Shown: positions 35,892-45,258 of the stretch, piece after piece | Layout: every line of letters starts with the position of its first letter | How positions within the stretch are numbered: position 1 is the first letter of the stretch | IMG/VR virus record: IMGVR_UViG_3300019996_000009 | Span: 1 to 45,646 of that record | DNA from: a virus | Lineage: Duplodnaviria; Caudoviricetes | Reading direction: 5' to 3' (one strand) | Length of the DNA: 45,646 nt | Notes under the pieces: model-generated | Database searches by the model: none | Seen by the model: only the letters and a program-made list of their open reading frames with translations | What the model was told of the DNA's origin: nothing | Position numbers and translations under genes: made by a program

Positions 35892-36232
35892 GCCTCGACC
35901 CGAACGCTGCCGCGCGGACCCACGCCGCCTGGTCCCACATGGTCCAGGGCAACGCCCACATGTGCCGGGACATGCTCCGGCTCCTCGACCCGCTGCAGCT
36001 GCTGCAGGTGCAGCTGAGTGCCTGCCGCCTCATCGCCGCCGCCGGCGAGGTCGTCGACGAGCAGCTGTTGGCGTCGGCCCTACTGACCCCGGACGCCCTG
36101 CCCGACGACGGGGGCCTCGAGGTGTGCACGTGGTGCGGGCGCATGGACTGCGAGAACCGCTTCGACCATTCGCGGCTGCACGGCGGCAGCGAAACCACCT
36201 GGCGTGAGACCGCGAAGGGAACCCGACCGTGA
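35888..36232 (+). CDS. Hypothetical protein
   Basis: ATGA coupling; CTWC..C..H. Confidence 0.6.
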   Translation: MSLDPNAAARTHAAWSHMVQGNAHMCRDMLRLLDPLQLLQVQLSACRLIAAAGEVVDEQLLASALLTPDALPDDGGLEVCTWCGRMDCENRFDHSRLHGGSETTWRETAKGTRP

Positions 36233-36642
36233 CCACCATTGCCTCACTGCTCGTACTCGCGTTTGCTGCCGGCCTGCTGGGCCTTGTCCTGCTCGTGCTG
36301 CCGCCTGACCCCATCGAGCCGGACCCGGTGTACGTGCCGCGCCACCAGGCCACCATCACCGCGCGCCGGGAACCGGGCGCCACCCTCGACCCGGTCACCC
36401 TGGCGTTGCCGCCGATCGAGGCGAGCCCGCTCACCGACATCGACCTTCACCGCGTCATCGCCGCGCTGTCCGACGATCGGCTGCCGGTGCTGGCCGACCG
36501 GCCGACCGGAGCGTCCGGAAAACGTCACGACCCGGACTGGCAGTTCCGCACCGCCGAGTGGGACCTCGTGAAGGATTCGTTCTTCGCGGGGCAGCCCGAG
36601 AACCTTGCCGTCGCCAAGCGGTGGGTGGGGGTCGGGCGATGA
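36229..36642 (+). CDS. Hypothetical membrane protein
   Basis: N-terminal TM; coupled. Confidence 0.65.
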   Translation: MTTIASLLVLAFAAGLLGLVLLVLPPDPIEPDPVYVPRHQATITARREPGATLDPVTLALPPIEASPLTDIDLHRVIAALSDDRLPVLADRPTGASGKRHDPDWQFRTAEWDLVKDSFFAGQPENLAVAKRWVGVGR

Positions 36643-37031
36643 ACGCCTACGACTGGGCGTACGCGGCCATCGTCCTCACCCTCGGCGTCGTCCTCGCCGT
36701 GCTCTTCTGGCTGTCCGAGCGTCACGACCGCCGGCGCCACGCCGCCCAGGCGGCCGCGCTGGACGCGGCGATCGCGGAGGAGCAGGCGCTGTCCCTCTTC
36801 GTGGACGACCCGGCCCCGGACGACGAGCCGACGCCTGACGAGGAGCCGACGGTGGAGGTCGCCACCGATCTGCCGCTCCGGGCCCGGCAGATCGACGCGC
36901 CGCGCGAAGGTGCCGTGCTGCAGGGAAGGTGGCGGCCACACACCGCCTGCGTAGACGCGTGGGCCGACCGGGAGCAGTCACGGATCCGCTCGACGTGCGC
37001 CCCGGTGTTCGGCAAGGAGGTGGCGGCGTGA
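36639..37031 (+). CDS. Hypothetical membrane protein
   Basis: N-terminal TM AYAAIVLTLGVVLAVLFWL; coupled. Confidence 0.65.
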   Translation: MNAYDWAYAAIVLTLGVVLAVLFWLSERHDRRRHAAQAAALDAAIAEEQALSLFVDDPAPDDEPTPDEEPTVEVATDLPLRARQIDAPREGAVLQGRWRPHTACVDAWADREQSRIRSTCAPVFGKEVAA

Positions 37032-37609
37032 AGTACCGACTCCCCGACGCCCTCGGCGGCAACGAGTACGAGGAGTACCGCAACAGCGACGGCAGCACCG
37101 AGGCGCCGGCGGGGACGGTCGCGTTCCTGGAGAGCGGCTGCATCTTCGCGGTGGCCCGGGCTCTGCTGGTCGAGGTCGAGGAGCCGCTACCGCCGGAGCC
37201 GCCGGACGGCGCGGTAGTACGGATCCGCCGAGACGCCCTCACGTTCGTCGCCGAGCGCGACGATCAGACAACCACGGCGAGCGGGGAATGGCACTGGTAC
37301 ACGACCCACGTGTGTGACCCCTCCTCGTGGTCCGAGGTCGCACACAACGCGACCGAGATCACCCGCCTTGTCCCGGACCCGTTCGGCAAGCCAGTGAACG
37401 ACACATGCAAGCCCGGCGACCGCGTGCTGATCGAAGCCAAGGTGCTCGGCACTTCGGTGTCCGCCCGCCCACGGGTCCGGACGGTGCGGCCGGGCCTGCA
37501 CGGCTCCACCGGCTACTTCGACATGACCGACGTCACCGTCTACCCGTTCCCCACGAACGAGCCGTTGGCCGACTGGGAGCGGGACCTCCTCGAAGGTGGC
37601 CGGTCATGA
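37028..37609 (+). CDS. Hypothetical protein
   Basis: SD AAGGAGG, GTGA coupling. Confidence 0.65.
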   Translation: MKYRLPDALGGNEYEEYRNSDGSTEAPAGTVAFLESGCIFAVARALLVEVEEPLPPEPPDGAVVRIRRDALTFVAERDDQTTTASGEWHWYTTHVCDPSSWSEVAHNATEITRLVPDPFGKPVNDTCKPGDRVLIEAKVLGTSVSARPRVRTVRPGLHGSTGYFDMTDVTVYPFPTNEPLADWERDLLEGGRS

Positions 37610-37707
37610 ACGACGACGCCACCGCCGAGGTCGCAGACGACGACCGGTGGCACGAGCTGGCTGAGGACGAACGCCGCCGGGATGCGGCCGAGAGGAACGA
37701 GACGTGA
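37606..37707 (+). CDS. Small acidic hypothetical protein (33 aa)
   Basis: Fills the gap with 4-nt overlaps on both sides. Confidence 0.55.
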   Translation: MNDDATAEVADDDRWHELAEDERRRDAAERNET

Positions 37708-38663
37708 GCACCGCGCTCGCCCCCGACGTCGACCGTGAGGCGTGGCTGGCCGCCCGGCGCAAAGGCATCGGTGCCAGTGAGATCGCCGCCGTGCTCGGCA
37801 TCAGCCCATGGGAGTCGCCGTTCAGCCTGTACTGGCGGAAGGTCAACGGCTGGAACTACGAGCCGTCAGCCGCGATGGACTGGGGCAACCGCCTTGAGGA
37901 CGCCATCGCCCAGGCGTACGCCGACCGCCATGTCGACGACTGGCTGGTCGAGCGGGCCGGGCTGATGGAAGGGCCGGAGCCGTGGATTCTCGCGACCCCG
38001 GACCGACTCCTGACCACGCCCGTGCCGGACGAGCAGCGGTGCTACCGCGTACCGCCCGGGGTGCCGCTCATGTCCACGCTGGCCGTACTCGAACTGAAGA
38101 CGGCCCACTCGGCACACGACGGGTGGGGCGAGACCGGTACGTCGGAGATCCCGGTGACCTACCGGGCGCAGGTGCAGTGGCAGATGCTCGTCGTCGGCGT
38201 CCAGTGGGCGCATGTGGCCGTCCTCATCGGAGGGTCGGACTACCGCGAGTACGAGGTGCTGCGCGACGAGCGCGACATCGCCGTCATGGTCGAGGCCGGC
38301 CGCCGGTTCATGGCCCGCATCGAGAACGGCGACCCGCCACCGCTGGACGACCACCACGCCACCCTCGCCACCGTGAAGCGCCTCCACCCGGACCTGGACG
38401 ACGACGCCACCGCCGAGGTCGATGAGCAGATGGGCGCGAACTACCTGCGGGCCTGCCGCGCCTACAAGGTCGCCGAGAAGGCGAAGGCCCGCTACGAAAC
38501 CCTGCTGCGCGACCAGATGGGCCGCGCCAAACGGGCCGTCACCCCGTCCGGCCGGAAGGTCGCCACCCGAACCGTCAGCGAGATCGCCGCCTCGACGGTC
38601 GTCAAGGCCGCCCACCGCCGCGACTACCTCACCCCAGCCAAGCCCCCCAAGGAGAAGCCATGA
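37704..38663 (+). CDS. YqaJ/lambda-exonuclease-like recombination nuclease
   Basis: WLAARRKGIGASEIAAVLGISPW, ATPDR, LELKT, YRAQVQWQM. Confidence 0.93.
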   Translation: MSTALAPDVDREAWLAARRKGIGASEIAAVLGISPWESPFSLYWRKVNGWNYEPSAAMDWGNRLEDAIAQAYADRHVDDWLVERAGLMEGPEPWILATPDRLLTTPVPDEQRCYRVPPGVPLMSTLAVLELKTAHSAHDGWGETGTSEIPVTYRAQVQWQMLVVGVQWAHVAVLIGGSDYREYEVLRDERDIAVMVEAGRRFMARIENGDPPPLDDHHATLATVKRLHPDLDDDATAEVDEQMGANYLRACRAYKVAEKAKARYETLLRDQMGRAKRAVTPSGRKVATRTVSEIAASTVVKAAHRRDYLTPAKPPKEKP

Positions 38664-39508
38664 CGTCGACCGTGTCCGATGCCGTCGCCAAGCGCGACAA
38701 CAGCCCCGCCGCCATGATCTCCACCTACTCGGGCGACTTCGCCTCGGTCCTGCCCACCCATGTCCGCCCCGAGACGTGGGTCAGGCTCGCCCAGGGCGCA
38801 CTGAAGAAGGGCCGCCGCGGAGCGAACGGCCGGTTCGAACTCGAGGAGGCCGCGGCCAACAACCCGGGCGTCTTCCTGGCCGCCCTGCTCGACGCGGCCC
38901 GCCTCGGCCTCGAGCCTGGCTCGGAGCAGTACTACCTGACGCCCCGGAAGGTGAAGGGGCGCCTGGAGATCCTCGGCATCGTTGGCTACCAGGGCCACAT
39001 CGAGCTGATGTACCGGGCCGGCGCCATTTCCTCCATCGTCGCCGAGGTCGTCTACGCCAAGGACACGTTCTCCTACGCCCCCGGCCGCGACGACGTTCCC
39101 CACCACGACATCGACTGGGACAGCGACGACCGCGGGCCGCTGCGCCTGGTCTACGCCTACGCCCGGATGAAGGACGGCGCCACGTCGCGGGTCGTGGTGC
39201 TCAACCGGGCCGACATCGCCCGCATCAAGACGTCGTCGCAGGGGTCGGACTCGGACTACTCGCCGTGGAAGCTGCACGAAGCGTCGATGTGGCTCAAGTC
39301 CGCGGTGCGGCAGCTGCAGAAGTGGGTGCCGACGTCGGCCGAGTTCCGCCGCGAGGAACTGCGCGCGCAGGCCGAGGCCGCCCGGGTGTCGCAGCAGCAC
39401 GACCTGCCGCCGGTCATGTCGGAGTACGAGGCCCCGGAGACGGTCGACGGCGAGGTCGTCGAGGAGCAGGCGTGGCCGGAGGCAGCGAAGCCGGCGGACG
39501 CGTCGTGA
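38660..39508 (+). CDS. recT: RecT-family single-strand annealing protein
   Basis: AARLGLEPG..YYLTP, GYQGHIELMYRAG, SPW...MWLKSAVRQLQKWVPTS. Confidence 0.93.
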   Translation: MTSTVSDAVAKRDNSPAAMISTYSGDFASVLPTHVRPETWVRLAQGALKKGRRGANGRFELEEAAANNPGVFLAALLDAARLGLEPGSEQYYLTPRKVKGRLEILGIVGYQGHIELMYRAGAISSIVAEVVYAKDTFSYAPGRDDVPHHDIDWDSDDRGPLRLVYAYARMKDGATSRVVVLNRADIARIKTSSQGSDSDYSPWKLHEASMWLKSAVRQLQKWVPTSAEFRREELRAQAEAARVSQQHDLPPVMSEYEAPETVDGEVVEEQAWPEAAKPADAS

Positions 39509-39756
39509 CCGAGCGCCTCGTCTGGATCGCCAGGCCCCGCAAAGGCTCCAGCTACCACCACCTCGTCCAGGGCGAACTCGACACCCCGTGCGGCCGCTAC
39601 CACGGCCCCCTCACCGAGGGCGTGCCGCTGCGAGGTGAGGCCATCAACCGCGAGGAGGCGGGCGACCTCGGCATGCTGCCGTGCCGACGCTGCTACGGCC
39701 TGGTCGCCGTGGTCGCGCCGACGGTGGTGCGGAGCCGGGACCGGAGGCCAGTGTGA
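39505..39756 (+). CDS. Small Zn-binding hypothetical protein
   Basis: YH...CG...PCRRC; coupled. Confidence 0.6.
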   Translation: MTERLVWIARPRKGSSYHHLVQGELDTPCGRYHGPLTEGVPLRGEAINREEAGDLGMLPCRRCYGLVAVVAPTVVRSRDRRPV

Positions 39757-40199
39757 CCTCCCTCTTCCTCACCGTGGCCGGCCTGCCCGCCCCCCAGGGC
39801 AGCAAGAGGCACGTCGGCCGCGGCGTGATGGTCGAGTCGTCGAAGAAGGTCAAGCCGTGGCGTGACGCAGTGCGCGGCGAGGCCGCCGCCGCGATGCTCG
39901 CGCAGGGCCTGGCCCGGTTCGACGGGCCGCTGCAACTGATCGTCACGTTCTACTTCCCGCGGCCGGCGTCGCACTACGGGACCGGCCGCAACGCGGGCGT
40001 ACTCAAGGCGAGCGCCCCGGCCGCGCCGGCCGTCATGCCGGACCTGTCGAAGCTGGTGCGGTCCACAGAGGACGCCCTCACCGATGCCGGGGTGTGGGCC
40101 GACGACTCGCGTGTGGTCCTCGTGGAGGCGCGGAAGCGGTACGCCAACCCGCCCGTGTCCATCGTCCAGGGTGCCGCGATCGAAGTGAGGCCGCTGTGA
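39753..40199 (+). CDS. rusA: RusA-like Holliday junction resolvase
   Basis: PAPQGSKR, PDLSKLVRSTEDALT..VWADDSRVV. Confidence 0.92.
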   Translation: MTSLFLTVAGLPAPQGSKRHVGRGVMVESSKKVKPWRDAVRGEAAAAMLAQGLARFDGPLQLIVTFYFPRPASHYGTGRNAGVLKASAPAAPAVMPDLSKLVRSTEDALTDAGVWADDSRVVLVEARKRYANPPVSIVQGAAIEVRPL

Positions 40200-40522
40200 G
40201 CGACGAACTGTGGCGCATGGAGCACCTCGCGCAGAACCTCGTCGTCCGGGTCCGCGACGAAGACCCGGTGGAGAACGGCGATTGGTGGGAGCGGCTCACA
40301 CCGAAGGAGCAGCGCGCCGTGGCGTTCATCCTCGCGGCCGCTGTTCCGGACGACCGTCCGTGGGCGGACCTGATCGCCTGGACCGACCCGGAGGGCACAG
40401 TGGAGCGTCGCCGCCGGCAGTGGCGGGAAGCGCTGCAACGCAAGGCGGCCAAGAAGGCTGGCGCGTCGCAGTCAGAGGGAAGCGGCGAGTCGTCACTACC
40501 CGAGGACAGAGTGACCGCGTGA
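40196..40522 (+). CDS. Hypothetical protein
   Basis: GTGA coupling; LAAAVPDDRP..DLIAWT. Confidence 0.65.
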   Translation: MSDELWRMEHLAQNLVVRVRDEDPVENGDWWERLTPKEQRAVAFILAAAVPDDRPWADLIAWTDPEGTVERRRRQWREALQRKAAKKAGASQSEGSGESSLPEDRVTA

Positions 40523-40686
40523 GCAAGCACCCGTTCATCGCGGATCCGGATCTGGCGCCCGACCTGGGCGGCCGCCGGCTGTGCATGTGCGGGCTGATCG
40601 AGCACAACCGGGCGCACGAGCTGCCCGACCGTAGCGACGAAGAGCGGGACCTCGAGGCACGACGGATGGGAGAGCAGCACCGATGA
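40519..40686 (+). CDS. Small hypothetical protein
   Basis: Coupled; HPF...CMCGL...N..H. Confidence 0.6.
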   Translation: MSKHPFIADPDLAPDLGGRRLCMCGLIEHNRAHELPDRSDEERDLEARRMGEQHR

Positions 40687-41312
40687 CGTGGGTCCGCCGT
40701 GACGACCAGGCCTCCATTCACCGGAAGGTGGCGCCGCTCGACGATGCCACCTACCGGCTGTGGAGTGAGGCCATGGAGTGGTGCTCGCGCAACGGCACCG
40801 ACGGCGTCATCCGGGCCGACGAACTGAGCGACGTGTCCAAGCGTGGCACCCGGCCGCGGGCCGTGAAGCTGGTCGAGCGCGGCCTGTGGCATGCCGCCGG
40901 CGATGACTGCGATAGCGAGAAGTGCACGCCGCCCGGTCCGGACGGCTGGGCGGTCCACGACTACCTGGACTACAACCCGCCCCGGGCGCAGGTGCTCGCG
41001 GAGAAGAAGGCGAAGGCGGAACGGACCCAACGGTGGCGGGACAAGAAACGAAACGGTGACGCGTCACCGGGGCATCACGTGACGGACACGTATCCGGGTG
41101 GTGATGCTTCCCCGTCCCGTCCCGTCCCGCCCCGCCCCGAAGGAGGCGGGGGCGGGGCCCCCGTAGCACCACCCGCCGCCGTTGGCGGCGTGGCTGCGGC
41201 GAGCGGTGAATCAAAACCCCAGCGTCCGTGCCGAACCTGCGGCAACGCCCTCGACAGCGCCTACCACCGCGGCCCCTGCCTGCGGTCCGCCTCGACGATC
41301 GGGAGCCCCTGA
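40683..41312 (+). CDS. Putative replication initiator (winged-helix)
   Basis: MTWVRRDD...HRKV, TDGVI, LVERGLW, GWAVHDYLDYNP, then a repeat-rich linker. Confidence 0.75.
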   Translation: MTWVRRDDQASIHRKVAPLDDATYRLWSEAMEWCSRNGTDGVIRADELSDVSKRGTRPRAVKLVERGLWHAAGDDCDSEKCTPPGPDGWAVHDYLDYNPPRAQVLAEKKAKAERTQRWRDKKRNGDASPGHHVTDTYPGGDASPSRPVPPRPEGGGGGAPVAPPAAVGGVAAASGESKPQRPCRTCGNALDSAYHRGPCLRSASTIGSP

Positions 41313-41554
41313 TGCCTGACCTGTTCGCAACGAAAACCCGCCTGGCCCTGCTCCGGGCCGTAGCCGACGGCGAGGTCGTCGTGGACTTCTACGGCCAGGC
41401 CGCCTATGCCGACGACTTCCGCAGCGTCACCGCCCGCTGGCAGGAGTTCACCCGCGCAGGCTGGGCGACCCGACCGGACGGTGATGAGCCGCGCTGGATG
41501 CCCGGGCAGCTGACCGAGCTGGGCCGGGCTGTGCTCGACGGGAGGCAGGGGTGA
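41312..41554 (+). CDS. Small winged-helix-like hypothetical protein
   Basis: RLALLRAVADGEV...LTELGRAVL. Confidence 0.6.
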   Translation: MPDLFATKTRLALLRAVADGEVVVDFYGQAAYADDFRSVTARWQEFTRAGWATRPDGDEPRWMPGQLTELGRAVLDGRQG

Positions 41555-41781
41555 GCACCGAGCCGATCGCCCTCGACCCTGCGGTCGGTGACCTCGACAT
41601 CGACCGCAACACCGGCATCGCTGACTGCCGCAGCTGCGACTTCCACGGACGCGCCATCGACCACCTCGCCTACCGGTCAGCCCGTGACGCCGGGTTCGAC
41701 CAGGGCCAGGCGTACGAGTTCGCCCAACGCCATCGCCGTCGCGTCAAGCGCGACCTTCCCCACCTGGACCGGTTCGCGTGA
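41551..41781 (+). CDS. Hypothetical protein
   Basis: SD GGAGG; coupled. Confidence 0.6.
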   Translation: MSTEPIALDPAVGDLDIDRNTGIADCRSCDFHGRAIDHLAYRSARDAGFDQGQAYEFAQRHRRRVKRDLPHLDRFA

Positions 41782-41933
41782 GCACCCCGGCGGGCCCGGC
41801 GGAGATCCTGGCCGCGCTGATGGCCGTACCGGTGGCCGAAAGGCTGGACGCACTCGCTGTGGCCATCCGAGCTGCGCTCGACGCGGGCCTGCTCGACGGC
41901 TACCCCCTGACCCGAGAGGACGTGACCGCGTGA
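41778..41933 (+). CDS. Small hypothetical protein (51 aa)
   Basis: GTGA overlaps at both ends. Confidence 0.55.
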   Translation: MSTPAGPAEILAALMAVPVAERLDALAVAIRAALDAGLLDGYPLTREDVTA

Positions 41934-42118
41934 GCACCGACCTGGAGCTGTACGAAGCGATCGAAAACCAGGGGCTCGTTGGCTGGCTGTGCCGACGCTG
42001 CGTCCTCGTCGTGTTGTCCGCAGCCGTGGACGCCGACGGGGATCCAACACCAAAGGGCGTGACGTTGGCCGACCTGGTCGAATCGGCGACCGCACACGAA
42101 CGGGAGAAGCACGCGTGA
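41930..42118 (+). CDS. Small hypothetical protein
   Basis: Coupled; CxxC...H. Confidence 0.6.
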   Translation: MSTDLELYEAIENQGLVGWLCRRCVLVVLSAAVDADGDPTPKGVTLADLVESATAHEREKHA

Positions 42119-42381
42119 GCACCGAACCCTTGGACCTGGACGCGATCCGCGAGCGTTGGGCAGAGTTCATGCCGCCGACCCACTACGAGGGCACGTCAGT
42201 GGCGCTCGACGTCTGCGCCCTTGTCGCCGAGGTCGAAGCCCTCCGCACCGCTGTGGCTGCTGCTGAGCGACGCGGGTACGAACGGGCCATCGCAGCACTG
42301 CGGGCCTTCGACACTCGCCACCGCAGCCCGTCCGCGTGCTGGGCAGCGGACTACCTCGAAGGAGCCGACGATGGCCACTGA
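42115..42381 (+). CDS. Hypothetical protein
   Basis: LDLDAIRER...DVCALVAEVEALR coiled-coil motif common in phage early genes. Confidence 0.65.
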   Translation: MSTEPLDLDAIRERWAEFMPPTHYEGTSVALDVCALVAEVEALRTAVAAAERRGYERAIAALRAFDTRHRSPSACWAADYLEGADDGH

Positions 42382-42676
42382 CCTCAGGACCCTCCTCGCC
42401 GACGCGCATCAAAGCTTCGTCGGCGAGGTGAGGACGATGTCCGACGGCTACGGCTCGTTCGTCCACTTTGGCCCAGAAGAGATGGCGGCCCAGATCGCCG
42501 CCGTGGTCGCTCGCTGGCTGCGGGCCGAAGCCGACTGGCTCGGCGAAGAGCTTCGACGGGACCGCGACCGCCCCGACGGCGGCGACCAACTGTTCCGCTC
42601 AGACACGGCCATGCAGATGTTGGCGATCAAGAGCCTCGCCGACACCCTCACCGACACCCAGGAGACCGACCGATGA
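42371..42676 (+). CDS. Hypothetical protein
   Basis: SD AAGGAG. Confidence 0.6.
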   Translation: MATDLRTLLADAHQSFVGEVRTMSDGYGSFVHFGPEEMAAQIAAVVARWLRAEADWLGEELRRDRDRPDGGDQLFRSDTAMQMLAIKSLADTLTDTQETDR

Positions 42677-42861
42677 GCGTCGGGATCGGCACGAAGCGAG
42701 TTTGCCGCAATTGCGGCCGGGTGGTCATGGCCGTGAAGGACCCGAGCGTCGTCAGCCTTACCGCTGGCGTCTGGGTCCACACCACGCTCATGGGTCGACT
42801 GCGATGCGCCCGAGCAGCCTCAGCCGCCGAGGTTGTGGACGGCACCGGGGAGGCGCCGTGA
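42673..42861 (+). CDS. Small Zn-binding hypothetical protein
   Basis: CRNCGR...WVH...C. Confidence 0.6.
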   Translation: MSVGIGTKRVCRNCGRVVMAVKDPSVVSLTAGVWVHTTLMGRLRCARAASAAEVVDGTGEAP

Positions 42862-43271
42862 GCCTCCACGCCCGCATCCACGCCGCCGTCACAGCCCGGC
42901 AGGAGAGGGCACAGGCGGCCACGCCAGGCCCGTGGTCGCCACCAGAGCCCGACGACGACGGCCACTGGGTCATGAACGGGCGCCAGGGCACGGCGGAGTA
43001 CGCGGTCGGCCTGACGGTGCCGTACAACCCGCGTGCTGAGGCCGACGCTGCGTTCATCGCCGCCGAGAACCCGGCCTTCGTGCTGGCCCAATGCGCCGAA
43101 GACCTCGATGTGCTGGCGCGGCACGCCCACACCGTGGTCTGGGGTGGGAACGAGCCCGTCGGCGCTCGCTGCGGCTTCTGCGGCACCGTCGTCGACGCCT
43201 GCTTCGAGATCCGCTCGCTCGCCCGTCGCTACGCCATCTCGACCGAGGAGGACACCGACCATGCCAGCTGA
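42858..43271 (+). CDS. Hypothetical protein (Ead/Ea22- or DUF6221-like)
   Basis: AQAATPGPW...DAAFIAAENPAFVL. Confidence 0.65.
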   Translation: MSLHARIHAAVTARQERAQAATPGPWSPPEPDDDGHWVMNGRQGTAEYAVGLTVPYNPRAEADAAFIAAENPAFVLAQCAEDLDVLARHAHTVVWGGNEPVGARCGFCGTVVDACFEIRSLARRYAISTEEDTDHAS

Positions 43272-43914
43272 CACCCAGGACACCGCCGCCAGCTGCACCG
43301 CCATCGTCGACACAGGGGGCACCCGGATCAGCGTCACCCGCAGCTGCGTACACGCACCAGGCCCGCACGACGGCACCCACCAGGACCCCGACGGCTCCCG
43401 CTGGCGCCTCCAATCCGACGGCGTGCTGGAGGTCTACCAGAACAGCGGCGCCGCGCTCGTCGTGCCGCATGGGGTCTGGGCGGGGCAGGTGTCGCCGGCT
43501 GACGGCTATCGCGACGAGGTTGCCCAGCTGCGCCGGGAACTGGCCTCAGCCGACAAGATCGGCATGGAGCTGTCGGCGAAACTCGGCGAGATGCGTCGGG
43601 ATCTCGCCGAGGCGGTGGCGGTCAACGCCACGGTCATCGCCGAGTCTGACCGGCGCAAGGCCGAGCGGGACTCTCTCGCTGCCCGGTTGGCGGACGCCGG
43701 CCCAGACGCGCTAAGGGCCGCTGCCGCAGAACTGCAGGCGATGTCCATGGATCCGTTCGACCTTCTGACCGAGTCAGTCGGCATCCGAGGACCGCTCGCG
43801 GTGTCGCTCTGGCTGCGCGACCGGGCCAACGCCACGCCCTCCACATCGGATGTTCAGGTCCTCGGCGACCAGGTGCTGGTGGACCAGCCGAAGGAGGGCG
43901 ACCGTGGGTGGTGA
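43261..43914 (+). CDS. Hypothetical coiled-coil protein
   Basis: SD GAGGAGG; N-terminal C..C..H..H motif, central coiled coil. Confidence 0.65.
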   Translation: MPADTQDTAASCTAIVDTGGTRISVTRSCVHAPGPHDGTHQDPDGSRWRLQSDGVLEVYQNSGAALVVPHGVWAGQVSPADGYRDEVAQLRRELASADKIGMELSAKLGEMRRDLAEAVAVNATVIAESDRRKAERDSLAARLADAGPDALRAAAAELQAMSMDPFDLLTESVGIRGPLAVSLWLRDRANATPSTSDVQVLGDQVLVDQPKEGDRGW

Positions 43915-44554
43915 ACTCCTGTGCGCGGCCAAGTGCGGATCCGACACCCCGCGCCAGGCCGCCCCAGGCCTGCGCCTGTGCTGGGGATGCCGTGAGTGGC
44001 TCGGCAAAAACCTGCGCCTGCTCTACGACCTCGCTCCCGACCTCGAGGACGCCCTGACCAAAACGCAGACCATGACCGAACGGGTCGATACTTCCGGTGA
44101 GCCGTCCCTACCGCTCAACACTCGCGCAGCTGCAGCCCGGTACCGCATCGAGATGGACATGGTGACGACCGTCCGACTCGTACTCGACGAACGCGGCTTC
44201 ACCGACATCCCCAAGCAGACCGTTGCCGATATGGCGCTGTGGCTCCTGCGCAGCGACCAGTGGCTCGCCGCCCACCCATCAGCCGGAGAACGGGCCAACG
44301 AAGCATCCGACTGGGTCAACGCCGCCCGCTCCGCCATCAACCCCAACCCGCCGAAGATCGTCCACATCGGGCCCTGCCCACACAAGGACTGCGCCGGAGA
44401 CCTTACAGCCGTTGTGAGGCCCATGGACTCGCTCCTGCCCTCAGCCATCACCTGCTCCTGGTGGCACGCCTTGGACGACAAGGAGGGCGTAGAACCACAC
44501 ACGTGGCGGGCCGACCAATGGCACACCCTCGGACGCCGAATGAGGGTTGCATGA
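43904..44554 (+). CDS. Conserved actinophage Zn-finger protein, putative late regulator
   Basis: LCWGC...L, PLNTRA, IGPCPHKDC..L...ITC...W; position at the end of the early operon. Confidence 0.65.
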   Translation: MGGELLCAAKCGSDTPRQAAPGLRLCWGCREWLGKNLRLLYDLAPDLEDALTKTQTMTERVDTSGEPSLPLNTRAAAARYRIEMDMVTTVRLVLDERGFTDIPKQTVADMALWLLRSDQWLAAHPSAGERANEASDWVNAARSAINPNPPKIVHIGPCPHKDCAGDLTAVVRPMDSLLPSAITCSWWHALDDKEGVEPHTWRADQWHTLGRRMRVA

Positions 44555-44757
44555 TCGTCGACACCGAAGCCCTCGCCGTCGCCCTCGGCGTCAGCGCCTC
44601 CCACGTCCGCAAACTCGTCCACCTAGGACGGATCGCCCCCGCCTACCGGAAGCGCCGGGCAGGGACCAACGGCCGAGGTCGACCGATGATGTGGTTCGAC
44701 CTCGACGTCGTCGTGTCGCAGCTTGACCGACGATCTTCAGGGTGCGATAGTTCGTGA
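44551..44757 (+). CDS. MerR/Xis-like HTH protein
   Basis: VDTEALAVALGVSASHVRKLVHLGRI...GRPMMWFDLDVV. Confidence 0.7.
   Translation: MIVDTEALAVALGVSASHVRKLVHLGRIAPAYRKRRAGTNGRGRPMMWFDLDVVVSQLDRRSSGCDSS
44723..44751 (+). promoter_or_regulatory. Putative late promoter
   Basis: TTGACC-17 nt-GATAGT with TGn extension. Confidence 0.45.
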
Positions 44758-44787
44758 TAGCTGGTCGCACTCTCGTCCAGCACCTGC

Positions 44788-44813
44788 GGCCCGGGCTGAA
44801 GCCCGGGCCTTTT
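44788..44813 (+). terminator. Intrinsic terminator
   Basis: GGCCCGGGC-tgaa-GCCCGGGCC-TTTT. Confidence 0.7.
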
Positions 44814-44839
44814 CGTGTTCCCGGGGGGTTCCACACACC

Positions 44840-45190
44840 ATGTGCCAGTGCCACTGCAGTGCACCGGATGCGACCACCTCGGGCATCATCCTGATCCTCA
44901 CCCGTTTGGAGAACATCATGACCACCCAGGCCGAAGCCTTCGCCGCCCTCAGTGGCAAGAACGACGACCTGACCAGCGCCGTCACCGACCTCGCCGCTGA
45001 CTTCGTGGCGTTCCGCGACGCCATGGCGGCCGAGCGGGAGAACCTCACTGAAGCCGGCCAGGCCGCCTTCGACGAGGCGTCCACCAAGGCCGACGCCGCT
45101 GCGACCGCACTGGCCGCCCTCGACACCGAGGTTGGCGACGCTGACGGCAGCGATGTTCCTCCGGTGCCCGAAACCCCCGTCGTCGAGTAG
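44840..45190 (+). CDS. Acidic coiled-coil hypothetical protein (alternative start 44918)
   Basis: Ala/Asp-rich heptads; SD GGAGA before the internal ATG. Confidence 0.65.
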   Translation: MCQCHCSAPDATTSGIILILTRLENIMTTQAEAFAALSGKNDDLTSAVTDLAADFVAFRDAMAAERENLTEAGQAAFDEASTKADAAATALAALDTEVGDADGSDVPPVPETPVVE

Positions 45191-45258
45191 CAAGCCCCAG
45201 GTAGGGGGTGCCTTCGCGAGCACCCCCCACCACAAAAGGCGGGGAGGGTATAGGAAAA

